The notes: generated from the sequence alone by a model not told the origin. Positions 11,365-22,412 are shown, counted from the stretch's first letter. The stretch: 64,000 nucleotides of DNA from an uncultured Chloroflexia bacterium (GCA_963797095.1 CAWCNY010000003.1:576001-640000); one strand, 5' to 3'. Numbers and translations are program-made.

Positions 11365-12689
11365 GTTGGTGTATTATCTTTTCTGTAAATTGGGAAATGT
11401 GGACCGGCTGAGATAGACAGCAGGTCAGGGTGTATCCTTTGAGTTGCGAAACACCAAAAGGAGGGCACCCATGACCTACCAGCCAGATTATACGTTATCG
11501 CAGGAACTGTTGGAACGTCTCAACGAAGAAGGATTAGACGCTTTACCAGAGATGATTCGAATCGTCATTAACTCAGCTATGCAAGCTGAGCGGCTCAAAT
11601 AGTTGGGTGTTGGTGCTCCTTACGAGCGCTCTGCGGAGCGGCAGGACCAGTCCAACGGTTACAAGCCAAAGACGCTCAAGACCAGAGTGGGTGAGATTAC
11701 CTTCTCTGTGCCCCAGGTGCGACAGGGCGACTTCTACCCTGGAGCCCTGGAGAAGGGACTGCGCTCGGAGCGTGCTCTCACACTGGCGTTGGCAGAGATG
11801 TACGTGCAAGGGGTCTCGACGCGCAGAGTGGCAGCCATCACCGAGAAGCTATGCGGTACCCAGGTATCCAGTGCTGCAGTGAGCCGAGCTGCCTCCCAGT
11901 TGGACGAGGTGCTGGAAGGGTGGCGCAACCGACCGCTGGGGGAGTGTCCCTACCTTATCCTGGATGCCCGTTATGAGAAGGTGAGGCAGGACGGGCAGGT
12001 GAGAGACGCTGCAGTGCTGATTGGTATTGGCATCACCCGTGCAGGGCGACGGCAACTGCTGGGAGTATCGGTATCTTTGAGCGAGCATGAGGTGCATTGG
12101 CGCACCTTCCTGCAGAGCCTGGTATCGAGGGGGCTATCAGGAGTGAGGATGATAACATCCGACGCTCATGAGGGGCTGGGGGCAGCACGCAAGGCGGTAT
12201 TCGGAGGAGTGCCCTGGCAGCGGTGCCAGTTTCATCTGCAGCAGAATGCCCAGGCTTATGTTCCCCGGCAGGAGATGAAAGCTGAGGTAGCCCAGGACAT
12301 TAGAGCCATCTTCTCGGCATCATCATTGGAGCAGGCCAAACAGATGCTGGACAAAGCGGTTGCGAAGTATGAGAAGAGCGCTGCTCGCCTATCGCACTGG
12401 CTGCAAAACAACATCTTGGAAGGGTTGACCGTCTTTGCCCTCCCACAATCACAGTGGCGATCCCTTCGCACCACCAACGGGCTGGAACGCATCAACCAGG
12501 AGGTACGCCGGCGGACCAGAGTGGTGGGGATCTTCCCCAACGAGGCGAGTTGCCTGCGCTTGGTGACGGCAGTGCTGATGGAGATCAGCGACGAATGGGA
12601 GACAGGCCGAGCTTACATGACTTTTGACTACTGATTGACCAATTTAGAGGAACACCCTGACCAATTTACAGAAAAAGGCTTGCATAATC
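11365..12689 (+). mobile_element. IS256-family element, 1325 bp, 9-bp target duplication TGTCATTTA
   Basis: 29-bp imperfect IRs sharing TTTTCTGTAAATTGG; TSD at 11356-11364 and 12690-12698. Confidence 0.92.
11471..12634 (+). pseudogene. IS256-family transposase with in-frame TAG at 11600-11602
   Basis: ATG 11471 MTYQPDY...AERLK*LGVGAPYERS, then EMYVQGVSTR, LDARYEKVR, WQRCQFH, RTTNGLERINQE. Confidence 0.88.
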
Positions 12690-12715
12690 TGTCATTTATC
12701 TCTTGTTTTGGGGCA

Positions 12716-13609
12716 TTATTGCCTGGTAAGTCCAGGATCGGGAGGACTCTCAGGGGCCTGCCCCACAGTGAATTGGGTTCTGCCTATGCCTACTTCGCCC
12801 AACTCCCGTTGAGGTTCGAGTGTTCCTATGGGACTCACAAATAGACCAATAATGCGTAATTGCAAAGCATAGAAGGCCAACCTCGCAACAACAGGCAGAT
12901 CATTGACGAAATAACGTCGCCAAAGCCGACCTGGTTCCTGGGAAACGCGATATAGCCACTCGAGGCCATGCTTTTGCATCCACATGGGAGCACGCTTAAC
13001 CCGGCCTGTCAGGAAATTGAAGACGCCACCGACACCGATCGCTAGCGGTACTGATAACTGACGTTGATGAGCTGCTATCCACTTGTCTTGTTTGGGAGCA
13101 CCGAAGGCCACCAGTAAGATGTGTGGACGCGCTTCTTGTATCATTGATACAATCTTGTGGTCTTCATCCTCAGAAAATGGGCCAACTGGTGGCGAGTACG
13201 TACCAACCACTTGCAGGCCTGGATGGCGCTCTTCAAGTATGCGTGCTGCTGCCTGCGGCACACCTTCTTCGCCGCCCAGCAAAAACACCCGATATCCTTC
13301 AGAAGCTGCGAAACGGCAGCAGTGGTCAACCAATTCAACGCCGGCCACGCGCTCAGGTAATCTGTCACCCATCCACCCAGAAGCCCATACCAGAGGCATG
13401 CCATCAGCTACAGCCAGGGCACTGTGATTTATGATATCCATAAATTCTCTGTCCTGCTGCGCCTGCCTCAAAAAATCTATATTAACGGTTACTACTTGAT
13501 GTGGAACACCGGACTCTATGAATTCGCGCGTTCGCTCTGCTGCCTGTGCTGCAGTTACACAGTCCACATAGGCACCTAACATGCCCACCTGCCTATGCAT
13601 TACGTGCAT
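12716..13609 (-). CDS. WecB/TagA/CpsF (WecG-like, GT26) glycosyltransferase
   Basis: VVTVNID, VADGMPLVW, ERVAGVEL, VAFGAPKQD, GVGGVFNF, RAPMWMQKHGLEWLYR..QEP.RLWRRY. Confidence 0.93.
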   Translation of the reverse strand: MHVMHRQVGMLGAYVDCVTAAQAAERTREFIESGVPHQVVTVNIDFLRQAQQDREFMDIINHSALAVADGMPLVWASGWMGDRLPERVAGVELVDHCCRFAASEGYRVFLLGGEEGVPQAAARILEERHPGLQVVGTYSPPVGPFSEDEDHKIVSMIQEARPHILLVAFGAPKQDKWIAAHQRQLSVPLAIGVGGVFNFLTGRVKRAPMWMQKHGLEWLYRVSQEPGRLWRRYFVNDLPVVARLAFYALQLRIIGLFVSPIGTLEPQRELGEVGIGRTQFTVGQAPESPPDPGLTRQ

Positions 13610-14124
13610 GATCTGCCTCCGTTCTTAGCTGATGCCATTTATGAATGGCGATTGATGCTAGCTCGCATACTAGTTACTGGACGCTGTCCGGGGTGGCGAG
13701 GTCCGGGACTTATCATGGTTTACCCACCCCAGATGGCATAAGGGTCGGAGTAAACAAATCTTAGCAAGTAGACTTTGCTGCCTTGTGAAGTCGATAGGCG
13801 CGAAATGTGAAAGCTTTTGACAGAGCTCGTGCCTGAGCGTCGTTATTGCCCCATCAGCAACATGACAGTCGTGTAATACATTAAGAAAGAGACCATTCTT
13901 GCAATAATGCAAGAATGGTCATCCCTATCGCTTCTTACGCTAGGAACAGGATGGCCTAGTCACCAGAAGCACTTGGATCGTAGTCAAGCTTACAGTGCTA
14001 ACAGAACTGTAACTGCTAATTGAGCGTTCGTTCAGTTTATGGTAAAGCCCCTCTTGTAATATTTCTTACAGGACCTGCAATTGCCAGGCGCTAACACTAT
14101 GAAACTAGAGATCGAGACTATTGA

Positions 14125-14784
14125 ATGATTGAGGGGGAGCAAATTTCAAACTTGGCTCAGGTAAACCGGAGAAGAGATGACGTCTCAGATATCATCCATC
14201 TCCTCACACACCAACCTCCACTACATACGTGGCGATTGGTGCATAGCATCCTATGGGCCAAATGGAATCTACGGAAAGCTACATCGGTCGGAAAGTATGT
14301 CAAATTGGTGGGACGCATACGCATCGTAAGTGATGGCCTCTTAATCATAGATGACAGGGTGCTCTTCAATTTCTATCATGGCGAAAGTCAATTGGTAGTG
14401 GCGAATGGCGCAGAACTTACTGTAGGTAAGGGGGTTTTCATTAACTACGGTGCGGATATCTGTGCTCTCAAGCACATTAGTATTGGGGAAGAGTCTCGTA
14501 TCGGCACGTACTGTATCATCATGGACAGCGACTTTCACCATATTGAGCTGCAAAGGCGTCACGAAAAGCCTACTCCCGCTTCTGTTGTCCTTGAGCCACA
14601 TACCTGGATTGGCAATCGAGTGACTATTTTGAAAGGCGTACGAATAGGATATGGCTCAGTGATAGCTGCCGGCAGTGTAGTTACCAAATCGATCCCACCA
14701 ATGAGTGTAGCCGCAGGTGTGCCCGCTAAGGTCATTAGACGAATAGATAAATCCCAAGATGGATCCCAATCTGTAGGAGAATAG
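14125..14784 (+). CDS. Hexapeptide-repeat (LbH) O-acyltransferase
   Basis: IMDSDFH, WIGNRVTILKGVRIGYGSVIAAGSVVTKSIP..GVPAKVIR. Confidence 0.88.
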   Translation: MIEGEQISNLAQVNRRRDDVSDIIHLLTHQPPLHTWRLVHSILWAKWNLRKATSVGKYVKLVGRIRIVSDGLLIIDDRVLFNFYHGESQLVVANGAELTVGKGVFINYGADICALKHISIGEESRIGTYCIIMDSDFHHIELQRRHEKPTPASVVLEPHTWIGNRVTILKGVRIGYGSVIAAGSVVTKSIPPMSVAAGVPAKVIRRIDKSQDGSQSVGE

Positions 14785-14789
14785 TTACT

Positions 14790-15557
14790 ATGGACGAAAT
14801 TGACCCTAACGTAATCCAGGCTGCCTCTCTTGCCATCAGCTCTGTATCGTTGGGTATTGCCAAGACCTTGACAAACGACAAGGCCGAGCGAGACTCCACC
14901 GGCAGTGTAGATTCATCCATATCCGAATCAGTTAGTAAGAGCCAACTCGCTTCTCAGGTCAATGAGATCCCATCTGAACTACATGAGCCAAATGTGCCCT
15001 CCTCCCCGCTTGAGGCTTTGCAGTCGCACGGCCTGGGGTGGGCACTAAGCATAGTTCGGCAGGTACTTCTGGCGAGGTGGCAATTGCGACGATGCGATAA
15101 CTTGGGCAAATGGGTACGCATTCGAGGCAAGGTGCGCGTACATAACGAGGGTAGGATCGCGATATCTGATCGCGTGCGCTTTAGAGCCGAAACAGCTAAG
15201 AGCGAATTAGTTGCATGGAAAGGCGGAACTATCGAAATAGGGGAGGGCACAACAATCAACTACGGAACCTCACTCTCAGCCGCCAGCACAGTAAAAATCG
15301 GCTGCAACTGCCTTATAGGTGCGTATGTGAACATTATGGATTGCAACTTCCATAATATGAAAGACCATTCATGGAATATGGATGCCGAACCCATCATCAT
15401 TGGAGATAACGTATGGCTTGGTAACAGGGCAGTTATCACAAAAGGAGTAACAATCGGAAGCGGCGCAGTGGTAGCTGCATCTAGTCTGGTGACCAAAAAC
15501 GTACCACCGAACACGTTGGTTGTCGGCGTGCCTGCACGTGTAGTTCAACATCTGTAA
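14790..15557 (+). CDS. Hexapeptide-repeat (LbH) O-acyltransferase, paralogue of the preceding gene
   Basis: IMDCNFH, IGDNVWLG..KGVTIGSGAVVAASSLVTKNVP..GVPARV. Confidence 0.88.
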   Translation: MDEIDPNVIQAASLAISSVSLGIAKTLTNDKAERDSTGSVDSSISESVSKSQLASQVNEIPSELHEPNVPSSPLEALQSHGLGWALSIVRQVLLARWQLRRCDNLGKWVRIRGKVRVHNEGRIAISDRVRFRAETAKSELVAWKGGTIEIGEGTTINYGTSLSAASTVKIGCNCLIGAYVNIMDCNFHNMKDHSWNMDAEPIIIGDNVWLGNRAVITKGVTIGSGAVVAASSLVTKNVPPNTLVVGVPARVVQHL

Positions 15558-15599
15558 TTAGGGACGTCTTAGCCATTCAAGATATGACAGTTTAACGAT

Positions 15600-17208
15600 A
15601 TGCAAGCTCCTTCATATAGACCTACATCGCCACTTCCTAAGCCTTCAAGTGGCTCCAACACAGCAAACACGGGCGTATCTTCGATAACCACTCTCCCTGG
15701 CCGTGTTTATACTCAAGCGGAACAAGCTCAAGACTTTCATCGCTTGCGGTTGACACTCCTTGCTGCTCAGAGTGGCGAGCGATGGTCTCCTCCTTGTGCT
15801 CTCCTTCATACTGGCTTATTGGCTGCGATATGAACTTGAGTTAGGCGGATCCCCCATCACGTCTGGTATTTCAAACTCAATCCTGGCGATCCCGGCTGTT
15901 GCCGTCTTTCTTACAACATATGTGCTTATCAGTTTGGCTGCATTCCAAACGCGAGGGCTGTACGCTCTTCCAAGAGGTGCATCCTGGCCTGAGCAATTAC
16001 GGGTGATAGCGGGCGCGTCGTTGATTAGCATGTCAATCTTAGTGCTTGGAACACTCCTTTTTAGCGCAGTGCTGCCGAGCCGCTTGCTATTCATATTCCT
16101 CTGGCTCTGTACTGTTGCGATCTTCGGAATCGAACGGTTTTTGTACCGGAGATTACGCCTCTGGATCTGGCGGCGAGGGATCAACATACGACGAGTGCTC
16201 GTGGTCGGCGCTGGGTTGGCAGGTCAGCGCATAATGAAAGACATCCTTGAAAAAGCCGATCTGGGCTACGAGCTTGTCGGATACCTGGCAGATAGCAATC
16301 ATGGGCATGAAAGCCCCAGTTGGAAGGTTCCGATAGGCAGTAGATATGGCTCAAGACTACAGAGGCTAGGCGAATTGAAGGATGTCCAGGATCTCATTTG
16401 CCAGGACAATGGGCCTTTGCACGAAGTAATAGTGGCTCTGCCTGCCACCCACCATACACAGATAATGGGCATAGTTGATAGCTGCCGTGAATATGGCATC
16501 GAGTTCAGGCTCGTGCCGGACCTATTCGAAATGCATTTTAACGAAGTTCGCATAGATGCCTTGAATGGGGTACCCCTCATAGGTGTGAAAGATGTCGCTC
16601 TACGTGGGTTCAATCTCTTTCTGAAAAGGATGCTCGACGTAATATTAGCTATAGGGGCACTCATCGTGGCCGCGATCCCTATGCTGATAATCGCTGTAGC
16701 CATCAGGCTTACTTCATCTGGCCCAATACTATTTCGCCAGCAGCGTGTCGGTAAAGGCGGCAGTAACTTCACATGCTACAAGTTCCGCTCTATGTACCAG
16801 GACGCTGAAGCCCATCTGGAGAAGATAAGACACCTGAATGAGGCAGATGGCCCTCTCTTCAAGATGAAGAACGATCCACGCGTGACCACCATCGGTAGAG
16901 TTTTGCGGCGAACCTCACTTGACGAATTGCCACAGATATTCAACATTCTCAAAGGTGAGATGAGCTGGGTCGGACCGCGTCCCCCCATGCCCAGAGAAGT
17001 AGTTGACTATGCCGAATGGCACCGCAAACGCCTCGATGTTACGCCCGGCCTGACCGGACTGTGGCAGATCAGTGGCCGTTCAAATCTTACATTCGACGAA
17101 ATGGTAAAGCTTGATCTTTACTATGCGGATAGTTGGTCGTTGTATCTCGATTTCATGATAATTCTGCGCACTCTGCCGGTCCTACTCAAGCGTGAAGGTG
17201 CGTACTAG
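15600..17208 (+). CDS. Priming polyprenyl-phosphate sugar transferase (WcaJ/CpsE-like), apparent frameshift near 15759
   Basis: Four TM segments, Rossmann-like VLVVGAG, KRMLD, YKFRSM, NDPRVT, SLDELPQ, GEMSWVGPRP, PGLTGLWQISGRS. The main frame is 15760-17208; the N-terminus lies in the 15600 frame. Confidence 0.9.
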
Positions 17209-17237
17209 ATACTTACCAGTTCTGACACGATAAGGAG

Positions 17238-18494
17238 TTGATGTTGGTAGATAACAACAGACCAGGGGATAAGATCAAAATACTCTTCTTCTATCCAAAC
17301 GAATTCCTCGGTCCGGAGATGACTGTCTACACACAGATAATCCGGAATATGGACAAGACCCACTTTGCTGCGTACCTGGCGCTCGACAGCAATGTAGAAG
17401 GAGAAATCCGCCTCAATCAGAGTGATAATGTCACCATCAAACGATGGCGATTCGGAACGGCTTTGCGAGGAGGTGTCGGTCAAGCGATACGTACTGGTGT
17501 GCGGCTCCCAGCCAGCATCATCTCGCTCGCGAACTATATCCGTCGCGAAGGCATAGCCATTGTGCAATGTTCAGCAGTACCACGCGTAGGCTTACTGGGC
17601 TTGCTCGTAGCGCGATTATCAGGCGCGCATCTCCTTTTGCACTTCCATGTCATCCCAGGCAGGTATAGAGGCTTGAGGGGTTTTGCAGAGCAGTTTGTAG
17701 CCCGCCGAGCTAGCCGCTCTGTGGCTGTGTCGCGCTTTCTCGCTACCCGAGTGCAAGAACACTCCCGAGGGGCAAAAGTTGATGTCGTGGTGAATGGAGT
17801 GGATTGCGAGCGCTTCCACCCTGGGTTGGATGGATCCAAAATAAGAGATGAGTATGGGATTGCTAACAACGAGGTAGTAATCCTGCAATTGGCACGGATA
17901 ATCCAGCAGAAGCGTCAAGAGGACACTATTCGCGCCTTCAGCATAGCCCGACGCAAAGCACCAAACCTCCGCCTCCTTATAGTGGGTTGGGAGGATCCAC
18001 GCTACGTCGGCCCGTTTGCTAGCTACAGAGCCGAGTTGGAGCACATCCGCAATGAAACAAATCTAGGCGACAGCCTCATTATTGCTGATGCCAGGCCTGA
18101 AGCTCACCTGTTAGTTGCGGCAAGTGATATGGTAGCAATGCCCTCTGTGGAAGATGCCTGGAATCTGGCGGTAACCGAAGCAATGGCCGGGGGCAAACCC
18201 GTTATTGGAAGCGATTCGGGTGGCATACCTGAGCAGATCATCGATGGCATCACCGGCTTCCTGGTACCACTCCAATCGCCCGAAGCACTTGCACATAGAA
18301 TGGTAGAATTGTGCTGCAATCCCGAATTACGTCAGCGTATGAGTCAAGCTGCCTACAAACGTGCGGTAAGTCACTTTGACGAAGCGCACGTTGCTACAGG
18401 CTTTGCGCAAATCTACCGGGAGATGGCCTCCGTCTCCCGATCACCCGTTTACCCCATAGAAAAACAGTCTGCACTTGAAGAAGTGCGTGAGTAA
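17238..18494 (+). CDS. GT4 family glycosyltransferase
   Basis: VAVSRF, VVNGVD, ARIIQQKRQE, EAMAGGKPVIGSDSGGIPEQI..GITGFLV. Confidence 0.9.
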   Translation: MMLVDNNRPGDKIKILFFYPNEFLGPEMTVYTQIIRNMDKTHFAAYLALDSNVEGEIRLNQSDNVTIKRWRFGTALRGGVGQAIRTGVRLPASIISLANYIRREGIAIVQCSAVPRVGLLGLLVARLSGAHLLLHFHVIPGRYRGLRGFAEQFVARRASRSVAVSRFLATRVQEHSRGAKVDVVVNGVDCERFHPGLDGSKIRDEYGIANNEVVILQLARIIQQKRQEDTIRAFSIARRKAPNLRLLIVGWEDPRYVGPFASYRAELEHIRNETNLGDSLIIADARPEAHLLVAASDMVAMPSVEDAWNLAVTEAMAGGKPVIGSDSGGIPEQIIDGITGFLVPLQSPEALAHRMVELCCNPELRQRMSQAAYKRAVSHFDEAHVATGFAQIYREMASVSRSPVYPIEKQSALEEVRE

Positions 18495-18502
18495 TCAAGA
18501 CA

Positions 18503-19198
18503 ATGAATATGCTAACCTACAACGTCCAGCGCGTCCTCAACAGGTATTTACTGGATGGAACACGCGATCGCAAAGACATACTTGCAATGCAGGTACTCAT
18601 GCCGCTCTCTTCACGTTATTTACCCTGGAGCCAGGCGGCTATGCGCCCAAGCGCACTTGTCGCTGTCTTGAATGATATCATAATCAACAGTAGAACCCAT
18701 ATTGTAGAGTGCGGTGGAGGCATCTCCTCATTCTATATCGCACGCATTCTGAAGGAACGTGGAGGACATCTGTACACGATCGAACACGATCCTGAATGGG
18801 CCACCGTTTTGAATAAAGCTTTGGAGGCAGAACAACTACACGATTACGCATCTGTAGTCGTTGCTCCTTTGACCAAAACCAAATTATCCCTCAACGGCGC
18901 GCCTTGGTACAACGAGGAGAAACTTAATCATCTGACGACTGAACGTCAGATCGACCTGTTGATCGTCGATGGCCCTCCTGCTTACACCCGTGAATTACGC
19001 CACGCCCGCTATCCAGCATTGCCGTTCTTCAAGGACTCCCTGGCAAATAACTACGCCGTTGTTCTTGATGATATCAACAGGCAAGGCGAGCAAGAAATCC
19101 TACAAAAGTGGGAAGAAATGCTTGGCGTTACTTTCAATCGCCGGTTCCTGGATGGAACTATAGCGGTGGGTCGCCCGCAGCATTCATTCACGGTATAG
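18503..19198 (+). CDS. Class I SAM-dependent methyltransferase (polysaccharide-locus type)
   Basis: IVECGGGISS, TIEHD, DLLIVDGPP, VLDD. Confidence 0.8.
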   Translation: MNMLTYNVQRVLNRYLLDGTRDRKDILAMQVLMPLSSRYLPWSQAAMRPSALVAVLNDIIINSRTHIVECGGGISSFYIARILKERGGHLYTIEHDPEWATVLNKALEAEQLHDYASVVVAPLTKTKLSLNGAPWYNEEKLNHLTTERQIDLLIVDGPPAYTRELRHARYPALPFFKDSLANNYAVVLDDINRQGEQEILQKWEEMLGVTFNRRFLDGTIAVGRPQHSFTV

Positions 19199-19267
19199 GA
19201 TGCCCGGATATATTTCGCAGGAATGAAACATAAGGCGTCCCGAATTCTAGATAAGGTATGCGATCTG

Positions 19268-19323
19268 GTTCTAGAATAATCAAAAATCGCCGCTTTGGCC
19301 GCGATTTTTGATTATTCTAGAAC
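19268..19323. terminator. 23-bp perfect inverted repeat, probable bidirectional terminator
   Basis: GTTCTAGAATAATCAAAAATCGC / GCGATTTTTGATTATTCTAGAAC between convergent genes. Confidence 0.75.
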
Positions 19324-19330
19324 TCCCCTC

Positions 19331-20251
19331 CTAAAAAGCCGGTTTTGCATCTCCAACTGGCGCGCGCTCCGCAACTACGAATAACAGATCGCCCGTAAGC
19401 CCAGCAAGCGGGGGAATAGCCATTACAACGCGTTCCAGTAGTTGGGAGCGTATTCGTTCCGGCAAATTGAGCAGGGCTGTAATTTTTCGCACGCGATATT
19501 GTTTGAGTAGCCTGCGCATTTCAGCGGCGTCAAAACGGTAATAGTAAAGATCCTTACCGTGGTAGCCTTCTCGAACGCCTCGGCGTCGTTTGGATAGCGA
19601 ATAATTATACACGGTAAGAACCGCCTGCCCGCCCGTTTTCAGCACTCTATGGATCTCACCAATACAGCGTCGACGTTCAGCATCGGTTGGTATGTGTTCC
19701 AGCATCATCCCGCTGCCCACTTTGCCAGCTATTCCATCGCGCAACGGTAGGTAACACGCATCAACAACCATATGGTGAACATTTGCGTCCGCAAGTATTG
19801 CGCACTTTGCTTTGTTGGTTTCCAAGGAACGTGGCGAGATATCAAACGCCAACACAACGGCTCCGCGCTTCGCCAACTCTACGGTTAATCTCCCCGTGCC
19901 TGCACCCAGGTCCACAATGATGTCACCCGGTTTTATCTGCAAGGCGCTTAAGATCGCATCTATTTCCAGCAGGGTCTGAAAGCCCGACACCGTATTATCG
20001 TAGACCGGCACATCAGCGTCGCGAGCCGCCAACTCACGGGCCTTAGCTGCTACAACTTCAGCGTCCTGCACTTCCTTGGGCGGGATAAGGTTCGGGATCC
20101 CGTTTGTCACTGGATAACTGTTACCGCACGAACGGCAGCGCAGGTCGCCAGACATGAGTCCTTCACCTTCCCAGCTTGCGTTTTCCACATCCAGCGGGAA
20201 GCTATGATCCAGGGGACAACATAAATACTTCTCCAATACAGTGCGTTGCAT
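19331..20251 (-). CDS. Trm112-like zinc ribbon fused to class I SAM methyltransferase
   Basis: LCCPLD...LRCRSCGNSYPVTNGIPNL, then VDLGAGTGR, FDIS, MLEHIP, EIHRVLKTGG. Confidence 0.85.
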   Translation of the reverse strand: MQRTVLEKYLCCPLDHSFPLDVENASWEGEGLMSGDLRCRSCGNSYPVTNGIPNLIPPKEVQDAEVVAAKARELAARDADVPVYDNTVSGFQTLLEIDAILSALQIKPGDIIVDLGAGTGRLTVELAKRGAVVLAFDISPRSLETNKAKCAILADANVHHMVVDACYLPLRDGIAGKVGSGMMLEHIPTDAERRRCIGEIHRVLKTGGQAVLTVYNYSLSKRRRGVREGYHGKDLYYYRFDAAEMRRLLKQYRVRKITALLNLPERIRSQLLERVVMAIPPLAGLTGDLLFVVAERAPVGDAKPAF

Positions 20252-20580
20252 TTTAGTCCTCCAGCCCCATTTGTTCCACCTGACCCAGTTGGGAGTGCAA
20301 GGCAGGTTGATAGATAACGTTCACTCTATACCAACCAAACAGACCACTCGCCTTAAGAACGCGTGGTGATTTATGCATTTGTGAGATGCGTAAGATAAAG
20401 TGTAAGAGAGCGTTCTTGTTGAGGACTGAATTAACAAGAGGAAGTCAGTTACAGTTCTGTCATCACTTCTGTTCAGGCACCAAATGTTTGCCAAACCTTT
20501 GCGGGGTTTCTTTGCATTCGAGAACTTCACAGTCTACAGGTGCCCTTCAGGACTTGGTTTCATAGATAAATCGCGCTGGC

Positions 20581-21831
20581 TTAGCTAGATGATGAGATAG
20601 TTGTGCGCTCGGTTCGCACCCAGCCACGTGCACCCCGGCCCATCAGCATCAGAGCATAGATCTTCACCTTCCAAACAAGGAAGAGTGGTGTACAGAGGAG
20701 GTAAAGGTAAGCCTTGGGCTTAGCGCCACATATCAACATTCCACCAAGCACGTAAACGCACGCGCTGGCTAGAACTGTCAGCCATACCCAACCTGCCAAC
20801 ACCATTGGCCCTCCCCACAGCCAAGCCAGAGCAGCATTTACTACAAGCAACATAAGGGGCATACCGATCAAAATTGCCATTGGTGGAGTGAGCAGATCTA
20901 TCGCCCAATCGAGGCGGGCGATGGATCGAGTACGAATAAAGGCGCGTAGCAAAGGTAACGTGTCACGCTTGATCAGGGCAAAACGCCCCCCCTCCCAGCG
21001 CATGCGCTGAGAGTCAGCTTGCTTTCCCGTCCGTGCAGCTTGAGCATAAAGAACTGCCTGAGGCACTGATCGTACCGTAATACCTCTGTTCATCAACTTG
21101 GTTGTATATTCGATATCTTCGGCCAGAGAATAAGCGTTCCAACCGAAACGCTCGATAACGCTCCGGGCAAAACACATCCCATTGCCCTTGAGCAGTGTGG
21201 TCCATCCCAGCGCTTGCCTTGCCAATGGGCGCAGACGATTGTGCAACAACAGCGCTGAGTACAACAAGGATGTACGCCAATTGTCAAAGGGATTCAACAC
21301 ATCGTAGTGTCCCTGTAGGGCCACATTACCCGTCCGCAATTGCTCGTCCATGTAACCGAGGAAGTCAGGGTGGGCTTGGGTATCAGCGTCAAAGATGACT
21401 ACTGCATCTGTCCAACCGCCATCTCGTTCCAGTACCCGGCGCATGGCCCAATCAAGGGCATAACCTTTGCCTCGCTTCTCAGGATCAAATCTTTCGTATA
21501 CAGTCACGCCAAGCGAGCGACCTAATTCCGCAGTATTGTCGGTGCAATTATCGGCGACGAGCACTATATGCCAGAGACCGGCAGGATAATGGAATGAGAG
21601 CAAGCTCTTCAGACAGTCGGTGATAACCAGTGCTTCATTGTGCGCAGGCACTAAGATCGTAAAATTGGTCGTAGCAAAGGCGAGATTGGGCTTCGATCTT
21701 CTCTCCTTGAGTTGGGCCACTAATGCTGTAACAGTTAAGAACAAAAGATAGAGGGCAAGCACACCCCAAGCCAATAGAAGGGGCACCTGCGCGATTGTTA
21801 TGATCCAACTTATGATATCGACCACGGTCAT
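20581..21831 (-). CDS. GT2 family membrane glycosyltransferase (CESA-like)
   Basis: LVPAHNE, ADNCTD, GKGYAL, FDAD, LAEDIE, QRMRW (QxxRW), flanking TM helices. Confidence 0.92.
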   Translation of the reverse strand: MTVVDIISWIITIAQVPLLLAWGVLALYLLFLTVTALVAQLKERRSKPNLAFATTNFTILVPAHNEALVITDCLKSLLSFHYPAGLWHIVLVADNCTDNTAELGRSLGVTVYERFDPEKRGKGYALDWAMRRVLERDGGWTDAVVIFDADTQAHPDFLGYMDEQLRTGNVALQGHYDVLNPFDNWRTSLLYSALLLHNRLRPLARQALGWTTLLKGNGMCFARSVIERFGWNAYSLAEDIEYTTKLMNRGITVRSVPQAVLYAQAARTGKQADSQRMRWEGGRFALIKRDTLPLLRAFIRTRSIARLDWAIDLLTPPMAILIGMPLMLLVVNAALAWLWGGPMVLAGWVWLTVLASACVYVLGGMLICGAKPKAYLYLLCTPLFLVWKVKIYALMLMGRGARGWVRTERTTISSSS

Positions 21832-22335
21832 GCCATCCTTTATCTAAACAGGTCTGCCGGTAAGTTCAATGCCTACAAATTGGGCACAAGTCCTCCCAAC
21901 CGAAGAAGAGAGCGGCGCTCAAACTTGGGATCCAACCCAGGCCTAACCAGAGCGCCATGATCGACTCAATATATATTGTAGGCATCGTTGACGAAGGATC
22001 TCTTAACTGAAGACGGAGGTGTCCTTACAAAACAGACACCTGGAAATAGGGGTTCCATGCGGAATCCTGCACAGAAGCCAGCCGATTGCACACTATCTTA
22101 TTAGTTAAGCGCGTTACCTTCGGGGGTAATTGATAAAATGAATTACCAACTAATTGAGGCATGGTCATAATTCATTTTCCGTGCGTAGAAGGAGAGCAAC
22201 TTCATCTGGAAACAGCCCATTTTGGCGGCATTTTGTGACATTAAGGCCACATCCCAAGCGTGGGGTAATAGACAGATTTGGATTTATGACCATGCCTCAA
22301 CTAATTTGGGGAAAGAGCGTAGTATTCCTACAAAC

Positions 22336-22392
22336 ATTCAAGAAGCACAGAAAATGCTCGGTGTAGCCGAGCATTTTCTGTGCTTCTTGAAT
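22336..22392. terminator. 26-bp perfect hairpin downstream of the SLH protein gene
   Basis: ATTCAAGAAGCACAGAAAATGCTCGG-TGTAG-CCGAGCATTTTCTGTGCTTCTTGAAT. Confidence 0.75.
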
Positions 22393-22412
22393 TCCCCTCC
22401 ATTAATGAAATA

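Noticed and set aside
11600-11602. TAG read-through or recoding in the IS256 transposase
   Set aside because: TAG terminates many normal genes here, so a single nonsense change or sequencing error is simpler.
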